A model generated the notes under the pieces. The model searched no databases. It saw only the letters and a list, made by a program, of their open reading frames with translations, and was not told the origin of the DNA. The translations under genes were made by a program, and so were the position numbers. DNA of 64,000 nucleotides from Macrostomum lignano. Lineage: Eukaryota. Positions 1-12,900 of this stretch are shown here, piece after piece. The DNA lies in contig NIVC01002397.1 in NCBI GenBank assembly GCA_002269645.1, positions 1-64,000 of the forward strand. The letters are read 5' to 3'. Every line of letters starts with the position of its first letter. Positions within the stretch are counted from its first letter, which is position 1.

Positions 1-3000
1 AGTGTCAAAGTATTTATTTGAACATACATAGAATTCAGTCTCGGAATTGTATGCGGAGGAGACACTGATTCATAGGCTGTGTACATTTACAAATGCAGCT
101 GGGGTTTGTCAATGCAGGTAGAGGTTGACTCGGATTTCTCGCGGGGTTGATGTGTGCATTAAAAGTTGGTATCTTGCTAACTGGGGCGGCATGGATGACG
201 TAATCGGAGAAGAGAGGGGTTTTGAAGTTTAATATAGGATCTGTGCTGTGGAAAGATCTGTCTGTACACTGAAATGGAGAGAGGGTCGAAATTCCTTGGC
301 ATTTAGAAGGGGGGACAGAGAAAACAGGGGCGAGTGTTAAAATTTAGCTCGATTTGTTATGGGGTCTGCGCTGTGTGCTCTGGTAAACATCGGAGGGTGG
401 CTGTTTTCGAACAGGGTTGATTTGACTATGGTCCGAGTTAAAGGGTGATTCAACATTCAGTATAGGGGCTTCGAGGGGTGAGATATACTAGAGGGAATGG
501 CGATGAGGAGGCCGCTGGCAGCCACTCAATTCGCGTGCAGGAGGGTTTGGTAGTACAGGCTATAATTAAGTCTCAACTTGCTGTTGTCTCCTTACTGTTT
601 TTGCTCTCTTTTTCAATTATTGAAATGAAAATATACGCTTTTCCAATGTGAAAACTATATGAATACAGTCTTTTTCAATAGAATCTTGATTTGTAACTCT
701 ACTAAAGGTAGTAGTGTAATCAGCTACATGTAGATTTTGAATAATTGACATATAAATAGGAATATGTATATAACGTGGTTTGTAAAACTTGGGTGTTGAC
801 TCATTTGTATGAGATTGTACATGTAGTAGGGTTTCGAGTTGTAATTTTGTGTGCGCGCTCAGACCGTCTGGGGATGACACTGTAGATTAATATGAGTGTA
901 CATATAGAATTGGGGATAGACATTTGGGATAGGGATTAATGTACATGGGATTAATGTACATTTTGAGATAGATAGGGATTAATGTACATGGAATTAATAT
1001 GAGCACATGGATTATTACAATTACATATTACCGTATATCACGCTTAGGATAGCGTTTTGTATACTACTTACTTCATTTTCGAATAGTAGTATAATTTGCG
1101 TTTTTTGCGTCAGAATTCTGAAAACCCGGCAGAATCTACGCGTTATGTAGTAGCGATGCCCACACCAAAAGAGAGCTACAGTAGGCCAGGGGCTCCCACT
1201 AAGAGACAGGGGCGCCCTGCACCTAGTCAGGTGCAAATATTGCCATTGTTGCGGCCCCTTCAATAGAATCATAAATGAATACAATTCATGCATGCAGTTA
1301 TCAATCGCAAAAATTTAGTTCAGTTCGTTAATTGCTCTTCTCTCGGCCAGCCACCAGCGCCTTCTAAAATTCTTAGGTACGTCACCGCCCTCCGCTTTCA
1401 CCCACTTGTAGCCCCTGCCGTAGCAGCCGATTTCGGAGCGGACCAACTCCAAACACGTAAAATGTCATGCACTACATGTTATTTAGTATAAATAAAATAA
1501 ACAAAAATTGTTGCTCTTAAAACTTTTTTTAACTAATCGTCGTCATTATGCAAGTAAATTTAAGATAAAAATATAGGAGAGCTTCTTTGTTGCATGTTTT
1601 CGCATAATTTTACTTCTTTTTTACTGTTACGAAGAATTGAACATGCAATTACATGGAACTGGTGGATTTCCTCCTCATACTTTTACTTTCTCGTTGTTTA
1701 AAAAAGAGGTTTAATTTTAATTTAACAATTGTGCTATTGATTTTTGTAGAAGAAAATTTATTAAAAAAGTTTTTTATCAACAAAAAATCAAGATCTTGCC
1801 TTGAAAGCGAGTCGAACGACCCTCAATGCGGCAATGCCGTGACTTCCATAACAAATAATCATAAGGAGGTGGGGGTGAAGTGTCGGAATTGTTGACATCC
1901 TACTTGTACTTTTATAGTTCTTGGCTTGAAATTTCTTAAGAGCCATATAACGAGATGATTTCGGTATATACAATACAGTTTATAAAAAGGTAGGCTTTGT
2001 TATATGTAAATTTGGATTTAAAACAAATAAACCAGAGCGTCTCCTGGAAATTAATTAATTAAGGAATAAACAATTCAAGAGGATCCTGGTGATTGCGTCC
2101 ATTGACATGCTGCAGTGTATTCAACTGCGACCTAGTGTGCTAATGTCATACTACTTTAGATTGGCATGTAATTGATTTTTTTTCAGAAATGCTGTATATC
2201 TGTTTCTGTTCTGTACTAGCTAGGCCTAGCCCTAAGTCAGCGTCATGTTAAAATTCTAGCTCCAGTAGCTAGGTCCTAGCGCTGGCGCTCTAGCGATAGT
2301 GGCAGTAGCCTGTAGCTGTAGCTGTGGCCTTAGGCCTATGCTATAATCCTTACAGAAGATAAGTTTAAGTTAGGCAGACCAGAAGAGATAGAAGTAAAAC
2401 TTTATAAATTGATCTATAAGAATCTAAGAATAAAATGTCATTTTTCTTAACAAAAAATGTGTAGGCCTAGGCTAGGGCCTAATATAATGTTTTATAGATA
2501 GGCCTAGCTATATTAAAAATTTAAAAAATAACTTTTATTTCCTCAGAAAATGTTTATTAGGCCTAGGGTCTAACTCTAATTTAAAAGTAAACTGTTTTTA
2601 GTAGAATTTAATTTTTTAAGTTTAAAGTTTTGTTATTTATATTATAATAGGCCTTATAATATAGTCAAAATTGTAAAGGCCTAACCTAAAAAGAACCAGT
2701 TACTTTAAAGAGAGTTTGGTGACAATGATATTGATAATCATTTTGATTTTTAATTTTGAGATCTTCATTTTTGATAGATTGGGCCTTTGCCTTTATTGTG
2801 GTGCCAAATATGAATTAGGCCTAAGTATATGATATCTAATATTTCTAGCAGTTGTTATTTGCATAGTACAGTAGGATATAGATATTGCTAGTATTATTTA
2901 CACAGTAAGTTGGTAACTGAGAAAAAACTTTAGAAGTATTTATTCTATTAAGGACTACTTGATAATATTCATCTCTAACTCTGTATATTTTAGTTTCATA

Positions 3001-3292
3001 ATGAGTTTTAACTAACTAAAGTCAATAGATAAAGTTTAGGCATGATTACATATTTATAGCTTTCACATTTTTATTAGCTTATTGTAGGCTACTCATCTTA
3101 TTAATAATACAAAATACAAAAATACAAAGGGTGCTTCAAAAGAATTAAATAAGAATTCAACTCTATTTACCTTCAAAATGATATATTTGTAATCAAATAC
3201 CCTAGGCCTAGATAGTCAAAAAGATGGCCCTTTTCATAGAAAATTCTAGTATACAAAGGTTTATATATGCACTATGCCAATGCATTCTAATG

Positions 3293-3710
3293 GGTGTAAG
3301 ACCAAGACCACCACACACCAAGACCGCCACACTTGGGGGAGCTAGGAGGGAGGAATTTGGCTCGCCATGTTATTGGATGGGGCTGAGGAGGGGTGAGATG
3401 GGGGGAGCCAGCAAGACAAGGCCACGAGAGGAACTGGTGAGCAGGCTAGCCTGGCTAGGTAGGTGAGTGAGCCAGGCTCCTTGTTTTTTTCATTTAATTT
3501 GAATTGTTAAAATTGCCCTGGTTGACTTGCAATCATTTTGGGCCACTTATTCATCTTATTAGTGACCAATCTTAGGACACTTCCTCTTCATCTAACTCCA
3601 CAACCCATCATAACCAATAGCAATACTGGAAGATTGGTAGCTTCCCCTCAATTCCAATAGTCAGTAAGAGCTATGGCGGTCTTGGTATGTGGCGGTCTTG
3701 GTCATGCGCC
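3293..3710. mobile_element. MITE / non-autonomous DNA transposon, 418 bp, with 37-bp TIRs and 8-bp TSD
   Basis: Left TIR 3293-3329 (ggtgtaagaccaagaccaccacacaccaagaccgcca) matches the reverse complement of 3674-3710 at 32/37 positions. The direct repeat ttctaatg flanks both ends (3285-3292, 3711-3718). No coding capacity. Confidence 0.8.
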
Positions 3711-5529
3711 TTCTAATGCAACAATAGGCAAAAGAGAAAAATCTAGTGTAGTAGCCTATAGTGCAAGATAAAAAATTGGCATAATTTGGTACAAGATGAA
3801 AACTTGACAAAACACTATTTCTTTGATAAAAAATAAGCATAGAACTTCTTTTTATTAGCACTTTTTGTTTGTCAGTAGTAAGGGCCTATATTGGGCCTTT
3901 TAGCTTTAAAAGAATTAATTTTTGGTAGTATTGGATTTTCTTTAAAGTAGATTTAAATACTATAAGTTTTACTAATATTTTATTTTTCAAAGTAAGTTAA
4001 ATAACTAATGTTTTTTTCAAAAGTTGTAATACATGGTACAAACAAACTTTTTTGATAAGATTTGTTCTGGCACAGGCATGCCATGATTCTGACTATGGAT
4101 CAAATATAATTGGACCATAGCTATAAGTACTATACAATATATAAAACTAGTTTATATACTAGTCTATTTTAGTTACTATATAAATAACAGCAGTACTATT
4201 TACACATTTCTGTATAAATATTGAATGCCAATATTTATAAATAGTTTTCTTTTTTTCCCATAGTCTCAAATATATACTGTGCAAATGAGAATTTGTTTAC
4301 TCTATACATTGCATATAAGAAAGTTGGATCAAATCCATCAAGTGTATTCCAATAGACTAAGAGGAAGGTCATGGGTTGGGGTATTACAAAATTAAAGAAC
4401 CTTTTTGCCCATAGTCTACTTTGGAAAGCATATGTACATCATGCCAGAAAAATGTGGCATGCATCTAGTTTGGCAAAAAATGGCATATATTTAGTTTAGT
4501 TAAAAATTGACATATATCAGTGTGCATACATGCACAACCTCCAACATTCGGTCAGCCATGCAACTTAGTTTTAACAAAAATGTGACGTAGTTTTTGGCCA
4601 AAAATGTGACTTACATGTAAAAAAACCCTAAAGCAAAATCAATGCAACTTTGGGTAAATGGCAGGAGTAACTATGAATTTCTTATTAAGTCAAAATGCCT
4701 CATCAGATACTTAGTACTACTACCTTGGTATTTTTCAGGTAGGAATTTTTGCAACTTCCTTGATTGGCCGCCAAATCAATCAACTGACTCAGCTGACTGT
4801 TGCGCATGTATGTCAGTGTGCATTTGGGTTTGTGGCATAGTGGTATGCTATGCCATAGAATAGCTTGATAGTATAAAATGTAGTATGGTATGATTGTAGT
4901 AGGGCAGTCTTTTTGAATTTTTGAAAATACCTGCAAATCAACTTTATCTTGCTTATTTTTACTAGAAAAAAGAAACATATTGTTGTGCCAAAAATTATTT
5001 GTAATATAATTTAATGTTTATGCCTATTGTTATAATTTTTTTAAAGCTTTGTATTTTTCATGTACATTTTTTGAAACAATGTTTGTATACATTTTTCTGC
5101 TTTTGCTTGTATGCCTATTATTAATTATTGACAATGGCGTGCACAGTGTGTAGTTGGCAAGCATGGTGTATAATATGCATGCAAACAAAAAAACTCCCTG
5201 GTATTCATTCTGGCATGCATCCAACATGATCCAGAGTATGGCTTTTTGCCTTTCAAATTTTTGTGAGACTACAGATAAACAAAGTTTTGGAAATGCTTCC
5301 TTTTTTGCAACCTAAATACATGTCTTTGCTATGAATAAAGTAGCTTATATAAAAACTTTTTCAAAATAATTTTAATTATATAATAATCTAGGATATATAC
5401 TACATACACTCAAAATTTATACTAGAACATACATGCCCAACAACTATCCAACCCATCCAAACCAGATGGGTGAAATGGCTACTTAGCCAAAGTAAGTCGC
5501 AAAATCAAAAATGCAAAAAACAAAGTGGG

Positions 5530-5800
5530 AAAAGAAAAAAAGAAGAGAAAGAGAAAAGGAAGAGAAAAAAGAAAAAAAAAGAGAGGGGAAAGAGGAAAGA
5601 GACAGCGAAAAAAAGAGAAAAAGAGAGGGGAAAGAGGAAAGAGACAGAGAAAAAAGAGAAAAAAGAGAGGGGAAAGAGGAAAGAGACAGCAAAAAAAAGA
5701 GAAAAAAGAGAGGGGAAAGAGGAAAGAGACAGAGAAAAAAGAGAAAAAAGAGAGGGGAAAGAGGAAAGAGACAGAGAAAAAAGAGAAAAGGGCAAGAAAA
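5530..5800. repeat. Purine-only tandem repeat, unit about 40 bp (aaaaaagagaaaaaagagaggggaaagaggaaagagacag)
   Basis: About 6 visible copies; source of the spurious K/R/E-rich and F/L/S-rich ORFs at 5470-5912. Confidence 0.85.
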
Positions 5801-6994
5801 GTCATACAAAGTAAAAATTAAGTTGCAATCAGGGAAACTAACTCGCAATCAAGAGGAACTAGGTTGCAAACACAAAAGGGAAGAACTAAGCCGCAAATCT
5901 GGACAAAACTAAGTTGTATCAGAGGGGTGAAATTTTGAAGTTGGGCATGTATATATTAGAAACTTTAGTTTCTAACTTCCCACCTATATTAAGCATAGGT
6001 CAAGATCAAATAACAGTTGTCTTTCAATTTTGAAGGATAATTCATTTGCAAAAATATAGCATTCTTGGAAGCTAGTAACTTTAAATCAAATTATATTAAT
6101 TTACCATAGTGTAATGATTTTTAATTGTTGATATCTTTAAAGAAACAGATTCCAATGTTATAAAAATATTTAATGTAATAAAAAATAGCTGATAGTTGAT
6201 TTCTAGAACTAGAAGTTTTAGCCTAATTAGATACCTAGATATATAGAAAATTGTAGCATCTCATATTATAATGGTCTTTTTAGTAGTTTATATATATGAG
6301 TTTTTAATTAGGGTTTTCTCAAATTTGAAACAAAAATAAAATTATCAAGGCCAATTTTTATATAAAAAATTTAACAAATCTAAATTTACACAAAATTTAA
6401 TGTTTTTATTTTGTCTATTGCTATTTATACTTTTTGAACAGTTAATCAACCTTACTTTTGATAAAGATACAATTAAAACAATTCTAGTATTAAATAAAGC
6501 TTTTAGTTAAATATTTTTTGTCCTAAAAATATACTTTTATTTTATGAGAATATCACTATTGAATGTCAGTAGAATTTAACATATATTTAATATCATTTAC
6601 TTATTGAAGTTTAAGAAAACTATTGGCACAAACTTATACAATGTGAAAATAGTTTATAAATTGTAAGTAATAAATCATTTTTTGTAATCATCATGCTTTT
6701 GAAATCTAAGTATTATACACTTGAAATTATGAATGTATATTGGCTCCAATAAATCATTTCTGTCGCAGTCAAATACTACTCAAAAGACCACTACCAGCAC
6801 CCTCTACCTGAATCCTTACTGTGCCTGTCAGAAATGTGATACAGGCTTTGATTTTTACAATTATTGCTACACAAGCTTGACTCAGACTAATAAACAAATT
6901 AATTAATTGATTGATTGATAACAGAGAGAAATTTAGACTTATCATCAGGCCATTTTTGGCTTCTTTATAACTTCCACAAATTGGCCTGTAAGCC

Positions 6995-9900
6995 ATGTCC
7001 CTTGAAGCTGATGATGAGGATTCTGCTGCAGTCGCTTCTTCAACTGACGACTGCGGCGACGGTACTGCAACTAGTGCTTTGACTGTGTCCAAGTCCGAAT
7101 ATCCTACTGATAGTAGTGAAATTGCATCTGTTGAAGCCGAGACAGCCGAAAAGGTTCCTAATAACGTTCAAATTCGTAAAGATATTAGCAACAAAGAAGA
7201 GCCTGGTGATAAAGCTTCTGCTGGTGCTGCTGCTGCAACTGTGTCAGCTTTAAATGAATCAGTAAATTTGGCTACTCATAGTTCAACAGCTGCGCAATCA
7301 ACCACTAATTTACTATCAGCTGGTAGATCTTCATCTGCACAGCTAAATCGTGCTCAACTATTGGGCTCACTCATTCTCGATGTAAGCTTTGAAAGATGTT
7401 TTAACCTTTCAATATTGTTTGAATGGATAGAACGTTGCGCACAGTAAAGGTGTATAGTGAAGGGAGCTGTACAGTGAAAGGAGATGGAGGTGTACAGTGA
7501 AGGGAGATGGAGGTGTACAGTAAAGGGAGATGGAGGTGCACAGTGAAGGGAGGTGGAGGTGTGCAGTGAAGGGAAGTGGAGGTGCACAGTAACAAAGTGG
7601 TACTCGTATTCAGAGTGGATCCGGAGTTTAGCCGCTAAATCAAATTAGTTTCATAGTAAACCAAAATTAGTGTTTTTTCTAGTACTGATAGTAGCATACT
7701 AAGCAAATACTTTTTGCTAATGTAAGATCCGGTCACATAAATTTATATATTCTAGCTATGCGTCAGTTACTACTGCTGCAAGCCAACTTTTTTTGGTGTG
7801 GACATTGTCAGTATAATTTATTTTACTGTCGTTTTGATCTGTTCAAACTGTTACAAGCTAATTCCTTTTGCAGCCATGCTACAACAATTGTTTTTTTACT
7901 GATTAAAAAGTTATCGAGTGTTTTTTAGTTATAAATGTGTTTTATACTGTTAAAACAGTCAGCTGACGATATTAATATGTCTTAAAACGTGTTACTTATG
8001 CAGGTAATCGAGGGATTTCTAATTGTGGTGACTCAATCAGCCGATATATACTACGTGTCGCCCAATATCTGCAACTATGTTGACTATTCTGTTGAGGATT
8101 TGATGAAAACCTCATTTTGTTCGATTGTGCACCCAGACGATATACCGCTGATCAGGCCCTATATTCAAGCTTTGAAAGGTTTGTTGGTTTCATTTGTTTA
8201 ATCCCAATTTTTAATGGATTTCCATTTCAAACTATAGAATCCCCAAATCCTCATTTCCAACAATGGAGTCCCCATTTCCAACCACGGAGTCCCCATTTCC
8301 AACCATAGAGTCTCCATTTCCAACCATAGAGTCCCCATTTCCAACCATAGAGTCTCCAACCATGGAGTGCCCATTTCAAACCATGGAGTGCCCATTTCCA
8401 ACCATGGAGTCCCCATTTCCAACCATAGAGTCTCCAACCATGGAGTGCCCATTTCCAACCATGGAGTCCCCATTTCCAACATAGAGTCCCCATTTCCAAC
8501 CATAGAGTCCCCATTTCCAACCATAGAGTCCCCATTTCCAACCATAGAGTCCCCATTTCCAACCATGGAGTGCCCATTTCCAACCATGGAGTGCCCATTT
8601 CTAACCATGGAGTCCCCATTTCCAACCATAGAGTCCCCATTTCCAACCATAGAGTCCCCATTTCCAACCATAGAGTCCCCATTTCCAACCATAGAGTCCC
8701 CATTTCCAACCATAGAGTCCCCATTTCCAACCATAGAGTCCCCATTTCCAACCATAGAGTCCCCATTTCCAACCATAGAGTCCCCATTTCCAACCATCGA
8801 GTCCCCATTTCCAACCATAGAGTCTCCATTTCGAACCTTTTTGTACCTAAAAAATCCCATATAATAAATAGTTCCCCGAATCGCACGCGCAGGCCAACCT
8901 GGCGCAGGCTCAGCCCTGCTAGCCAGCCAGCTGACACTCCGTCTGCTGTCGCCGAAACCGGGCGACAGTCCAATTCCAGTAGACGTCACCATTAAAGTGC
9001 AACCACTGCCAGCTTCAGGCAGTTCATGTGAGTATTAATTAATGGTTTGCTTGTGGGTGGGCAGAGCAACTTAGGGGTAAAAACTCGTTTTGTCAGTTCA
9101 TCGGTGAGCGCCACAGATCACAGAGAGTCTGTAAATGCCTGGCGATTAGGTCTAGTCAGGGTAATGCGATGTACACTGTGTGAGCGTGTGTACGACTGCG
9201 TGCCAGCGTACAGTATGTATTGGCGTGCTTGTATGTTGCTCAGGATGTCAGCGGGCTGTAGCCTAGTAGGGGGTTGTAGCCTAGTAAGGGGTTGTAGCCT
9301 AGTAAATGGTTGTAGCCTAGTGGGGGGTTGTAGCCTAGTGGGGGTTGTAGCCTAGTGGGGGGTTGTAGCCTTGTGGGGGTTGTAGCCTAGTGGGGGTTGT
9401 AGCCTAGTGGGGGGTTGTAGCCTTGTGGGGGTTGTAGCCTAGTGGGGGGTTTTAGCCTAGTGAGGGGTTGTAGCCTTGTGGGGGTTGTAGCCTAGTGGGG
9501 GGTTGTAGCCTTGTGGGGGTTGTAGCCTTGTGGGGGTTGTAGCCTAGTGGGGGGTTTTAGCCTAGTGGGGGGTTGTAGCCTTGTGGGGGTTGTAGCCTAG
9601 TGGGGGTTGTAGCCTTGTGGGGGTTGTAGCCTAGTGGGGGGTTTTAGCCTTTTGGGGGGTTGTAGCCTAGTGGGGTTTGTAACCTTGTGGGGGGTTGTAG
9701 CCTTATGGGGGGTTGTAGCCTAGTGGGGGTTGTAACCTAGTGGGGGGTTGTAGCCTAGTGGGGGTTGTAACCTAGTGGGGGGTTGTAGCCTAGTGGGGGG
9801 TTTGTAGCCTTGTGGGGGGTTGTAGCCTAGTAGGGGGTTGTGGCCTAGTAGGGGGTTGTGGCCTAGTAGGGGGTTGTAGACTAGTAGGGGTTGTAACCTA

Positions 9901-12900
9901 GTGGGGGTTGTGGCCTAGTGGTCAGAGCGTCGGACTCACGACTTGAAGGTCGGGGGTTCGATTCCTGAACCAATCGGAACAATTTGTGTCCTTCAGCAAG
10001 ACACTTAACTCTGCATTGCTTCAGTTCACCCAGCTGTAAAATGGGTGCCAGCATTGAAGGTGTGTGCGGTGACTCTAGAATCCTTGGACTGAACAGCCGT
10101 ACGCAGCTTTCAGGTGCTCCGCGCAATAGTCTACGGCCCCAGAATCATATTAAAAGCGCCCACCAGAGTCGCAGATAATAAAAGATCTCAAATTATCGCT
10201 GTAATTATTTATTAATCGCTCTATCCAGGTGCTCCCCAGTCGTCTCTGGTCTGCCTGCTGAAACCAAAGACGGTGGTTGCCGTATCGACGCCAAGTTCTT
10301 TAGCGTCTTCTAGTCAGCAACAGCAGCAGCAACAGTGTGGCATTGTTGCTGCCACAACGGCACAAGCGGAAACGCCGGCTGCTAGCCTTCATTCGCCTTC
10401 CGTTCCTAATCCCATGTCGGTTAAAAGTGAACCGACAGACTCAGTTCTGACTGCGGTGATCCGTCCGTCATCTGCTGGTGCCCCGCAGCAGCAGCAGCAG
10501 CAGCCTCAATCGTTGCCGCACAATGCTCCCCTATCTATAGGCGAATCTTCCATTAAAAGCGAGGATTTGCACCAGCTGCACCAGTCCGCTCCACAATCCG
10601 TGTCTCCTGTTAGTAGCGTTCGAAGTTCGTCTGGTGTGGCCGGACTGGAGCACCCATTTCCTGGAACTGTCTGCGGCAATCATATCAATAGAAACAGCAA
10701 TAATAATAATAATACTGCTACTAAAAGAGGAGGCGGCAGCGGAGCATTGAACGAGACAGTGATGGACCATATCACCTGTAGGCATTCCTATTCGTTAACG
10801 GAGCAGTGCGTACTGTCCGCTTCTTGCAGGTGCGTTCTTAAAATTTAACTGGAAATATTTTTTTGTAATTAGACACTGCATCAACTAATGCAGTCATCCA
10901 GTCTGAATAATCCAGTCAGAAATAAACAGTAGATAGAGGGGTAGAATAGTGAGACATGGTAGACAGTAGATAGAGGGGTAGAATAGTGAGACATGGTAGA
11001 CAGTAGATAGAGGGGTAGAATAGTGAGACATGGTAGACAGTAGATAGAGGGGTAGAATAGTGAGACATGGTAGACAGTAGATAGAGGGGTAGAATAGTGA
11101 GACATGGTAGACAGTAGATAGAAGGGTAGAATAGTGAGACATGGTAGACAGTAGATAAAGGGGTAGAATAGTGAGACATGGTAGACAGTAGATAGAGGGG
11201 TAGAATAGTGAGACATGGTAGACAGTAGATAGAGGGGTAGAATAGTAAGAAATAGACAGTAGATAGAGGGGTAGAATAGTGAGACATGGTAGACAGTAGA
11301 TAGAGGGGTAGAATAGTGAGACATGGTAGACAGTAGATAGAGGGGTAGAATAGTAAGAAATAGACAGTAGATAGAGGGGTAGAATAGTAAGAAATAGACA
11401 GTAGATAGAGGGGTAGAATAGTAAGAAATAGACAGTAGATAGAGGGGTAGAATAGTGAGAAATAGACAGTAGATAAAGGGGTAGAATAGTAAGAAATAGA
11501 CAGTAGATAGAGGGGTAGAATAGTAAGAAATAGACAGTAGATAGAGGGGTAGAATAGTGAGACATGGTAGACAGTAGATAGAGGGGTAGAATAGTGAGAC
11601 ATGGTAGACAGTAGATAGAGGGGTAGAATAGTGAGACATGGTAGACAGTAGATAGAGGGGTAGAATAGTGAGACATGGTAGACAGTAGATAGAGGGGTAG
11701 AATAGTGAGACATGGTAGACAGTAGATAGAGGGGTAGAATAGTAAGAAATAGACAGTAGATAGAGGGGTAGAATAGTAAGAAATAGACAGTAGATAGAGG
11801 GGTAGAATAGTAAGAAATAGACAGTAGATAGAGGGGTAGAATAGTGAGAAATAGACAGTAGATAAAGGGGTAGAATAGTAAGAAATAGACAGTAGATAGA
11901 GGGGTAGAATAGTAAGAAATAGACAGTAGATATAGGGGTAGAATAGTAAGAAATATACAGTAGATAGAGGGGTAGAATAGTGAGAAATAGACAGTAGATA
12001 TAGGGGTAGAATATGGAGACATGGACAGTGGATTTGGCCTCCTATATTGTATTAGTAAGACTACTACGCATGCATACACTGATATTGCTAATATCCTCGA
12101 TGCAAAGTATAAAAGTTTTTATTGTTTTGGTTGCATGCAGGAATGAATAATGCAACAATGAATACCACTAGAGTATATATACCGCCGTGCTGACCATAAC
12201 TAATCTCATGGTTCATAGTCAAAATGAATTGACTATTAGGGCTGTAAGGTTGGGTAGCGTTCTGTCTATTTGCTAGACCAGCAGAAATTATGTTTATAAA
12301 ATGACGGTGCCCCCTGCAAACCAAAATTAATATTTGCAATTTTTATGCCCGTTCGCCAAATTGTATGTGACCTGGACTGGGCAGAGCTAGAGCCTTGTTT
12401 GACAACTTATATACCAAGTTTAGCGTGCTCAGCTCATTTAGAGAAGTAAATGCTCTAGTGTTTTTTAAAAGGTCTGGCTGCTCTCAATAACCCTTCGTAA
12501 AGTTTTTTTTCTAGAAAATAATGAAAATTTAAACATCCACTTCGAAGTCACGTGCGTCTAGGATAGGATGGCTGCGTTCATAGCGGTATCTCGCTCAATG
12601 CTCATGAAGTCACTCATGGGCTCACTCGTGAACTCACAGATTCACTCATGATCTCACTCATAAACTCACTCATGAACTCACTCATGAACTCACTCATAAA
12701 CTCACTCATGAACTCACTCATGATCTCACTCATGATCTCACTCATGAACTCAACCATGATCTCACTCATAAACTCACTCATGATCTCACTCATGAACTCA
12801 CTCATGATCTCACTCATGAACTCAACCATGATCTCACTCATAAACTCACTCATGATCTCACTCATGAACTCACTCATGATCTCACTCATGAACTCAACCA

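Noticed and set aside
1-1300. Possible 3' end of a minus-strand retroelement or gene (AATAAA near 14-19 on the minus strand, GC-richer 1-560, short ORFs)
   Set aside because: No RT, endonuclease or other recognisable motif found in any frame I translated.
5470-5912. K/R/E-rich and F/L-rich ORFs
   Set aside because: All six frames are open because of the purine-only repeat; no splice or domain evidence.
9903-9975. Functional tRNA gene
   Set aside because: A and B boxes are present, but the anticodon and acceptor stems pair poorly and the sequence continues into a CORE-like SINE body.
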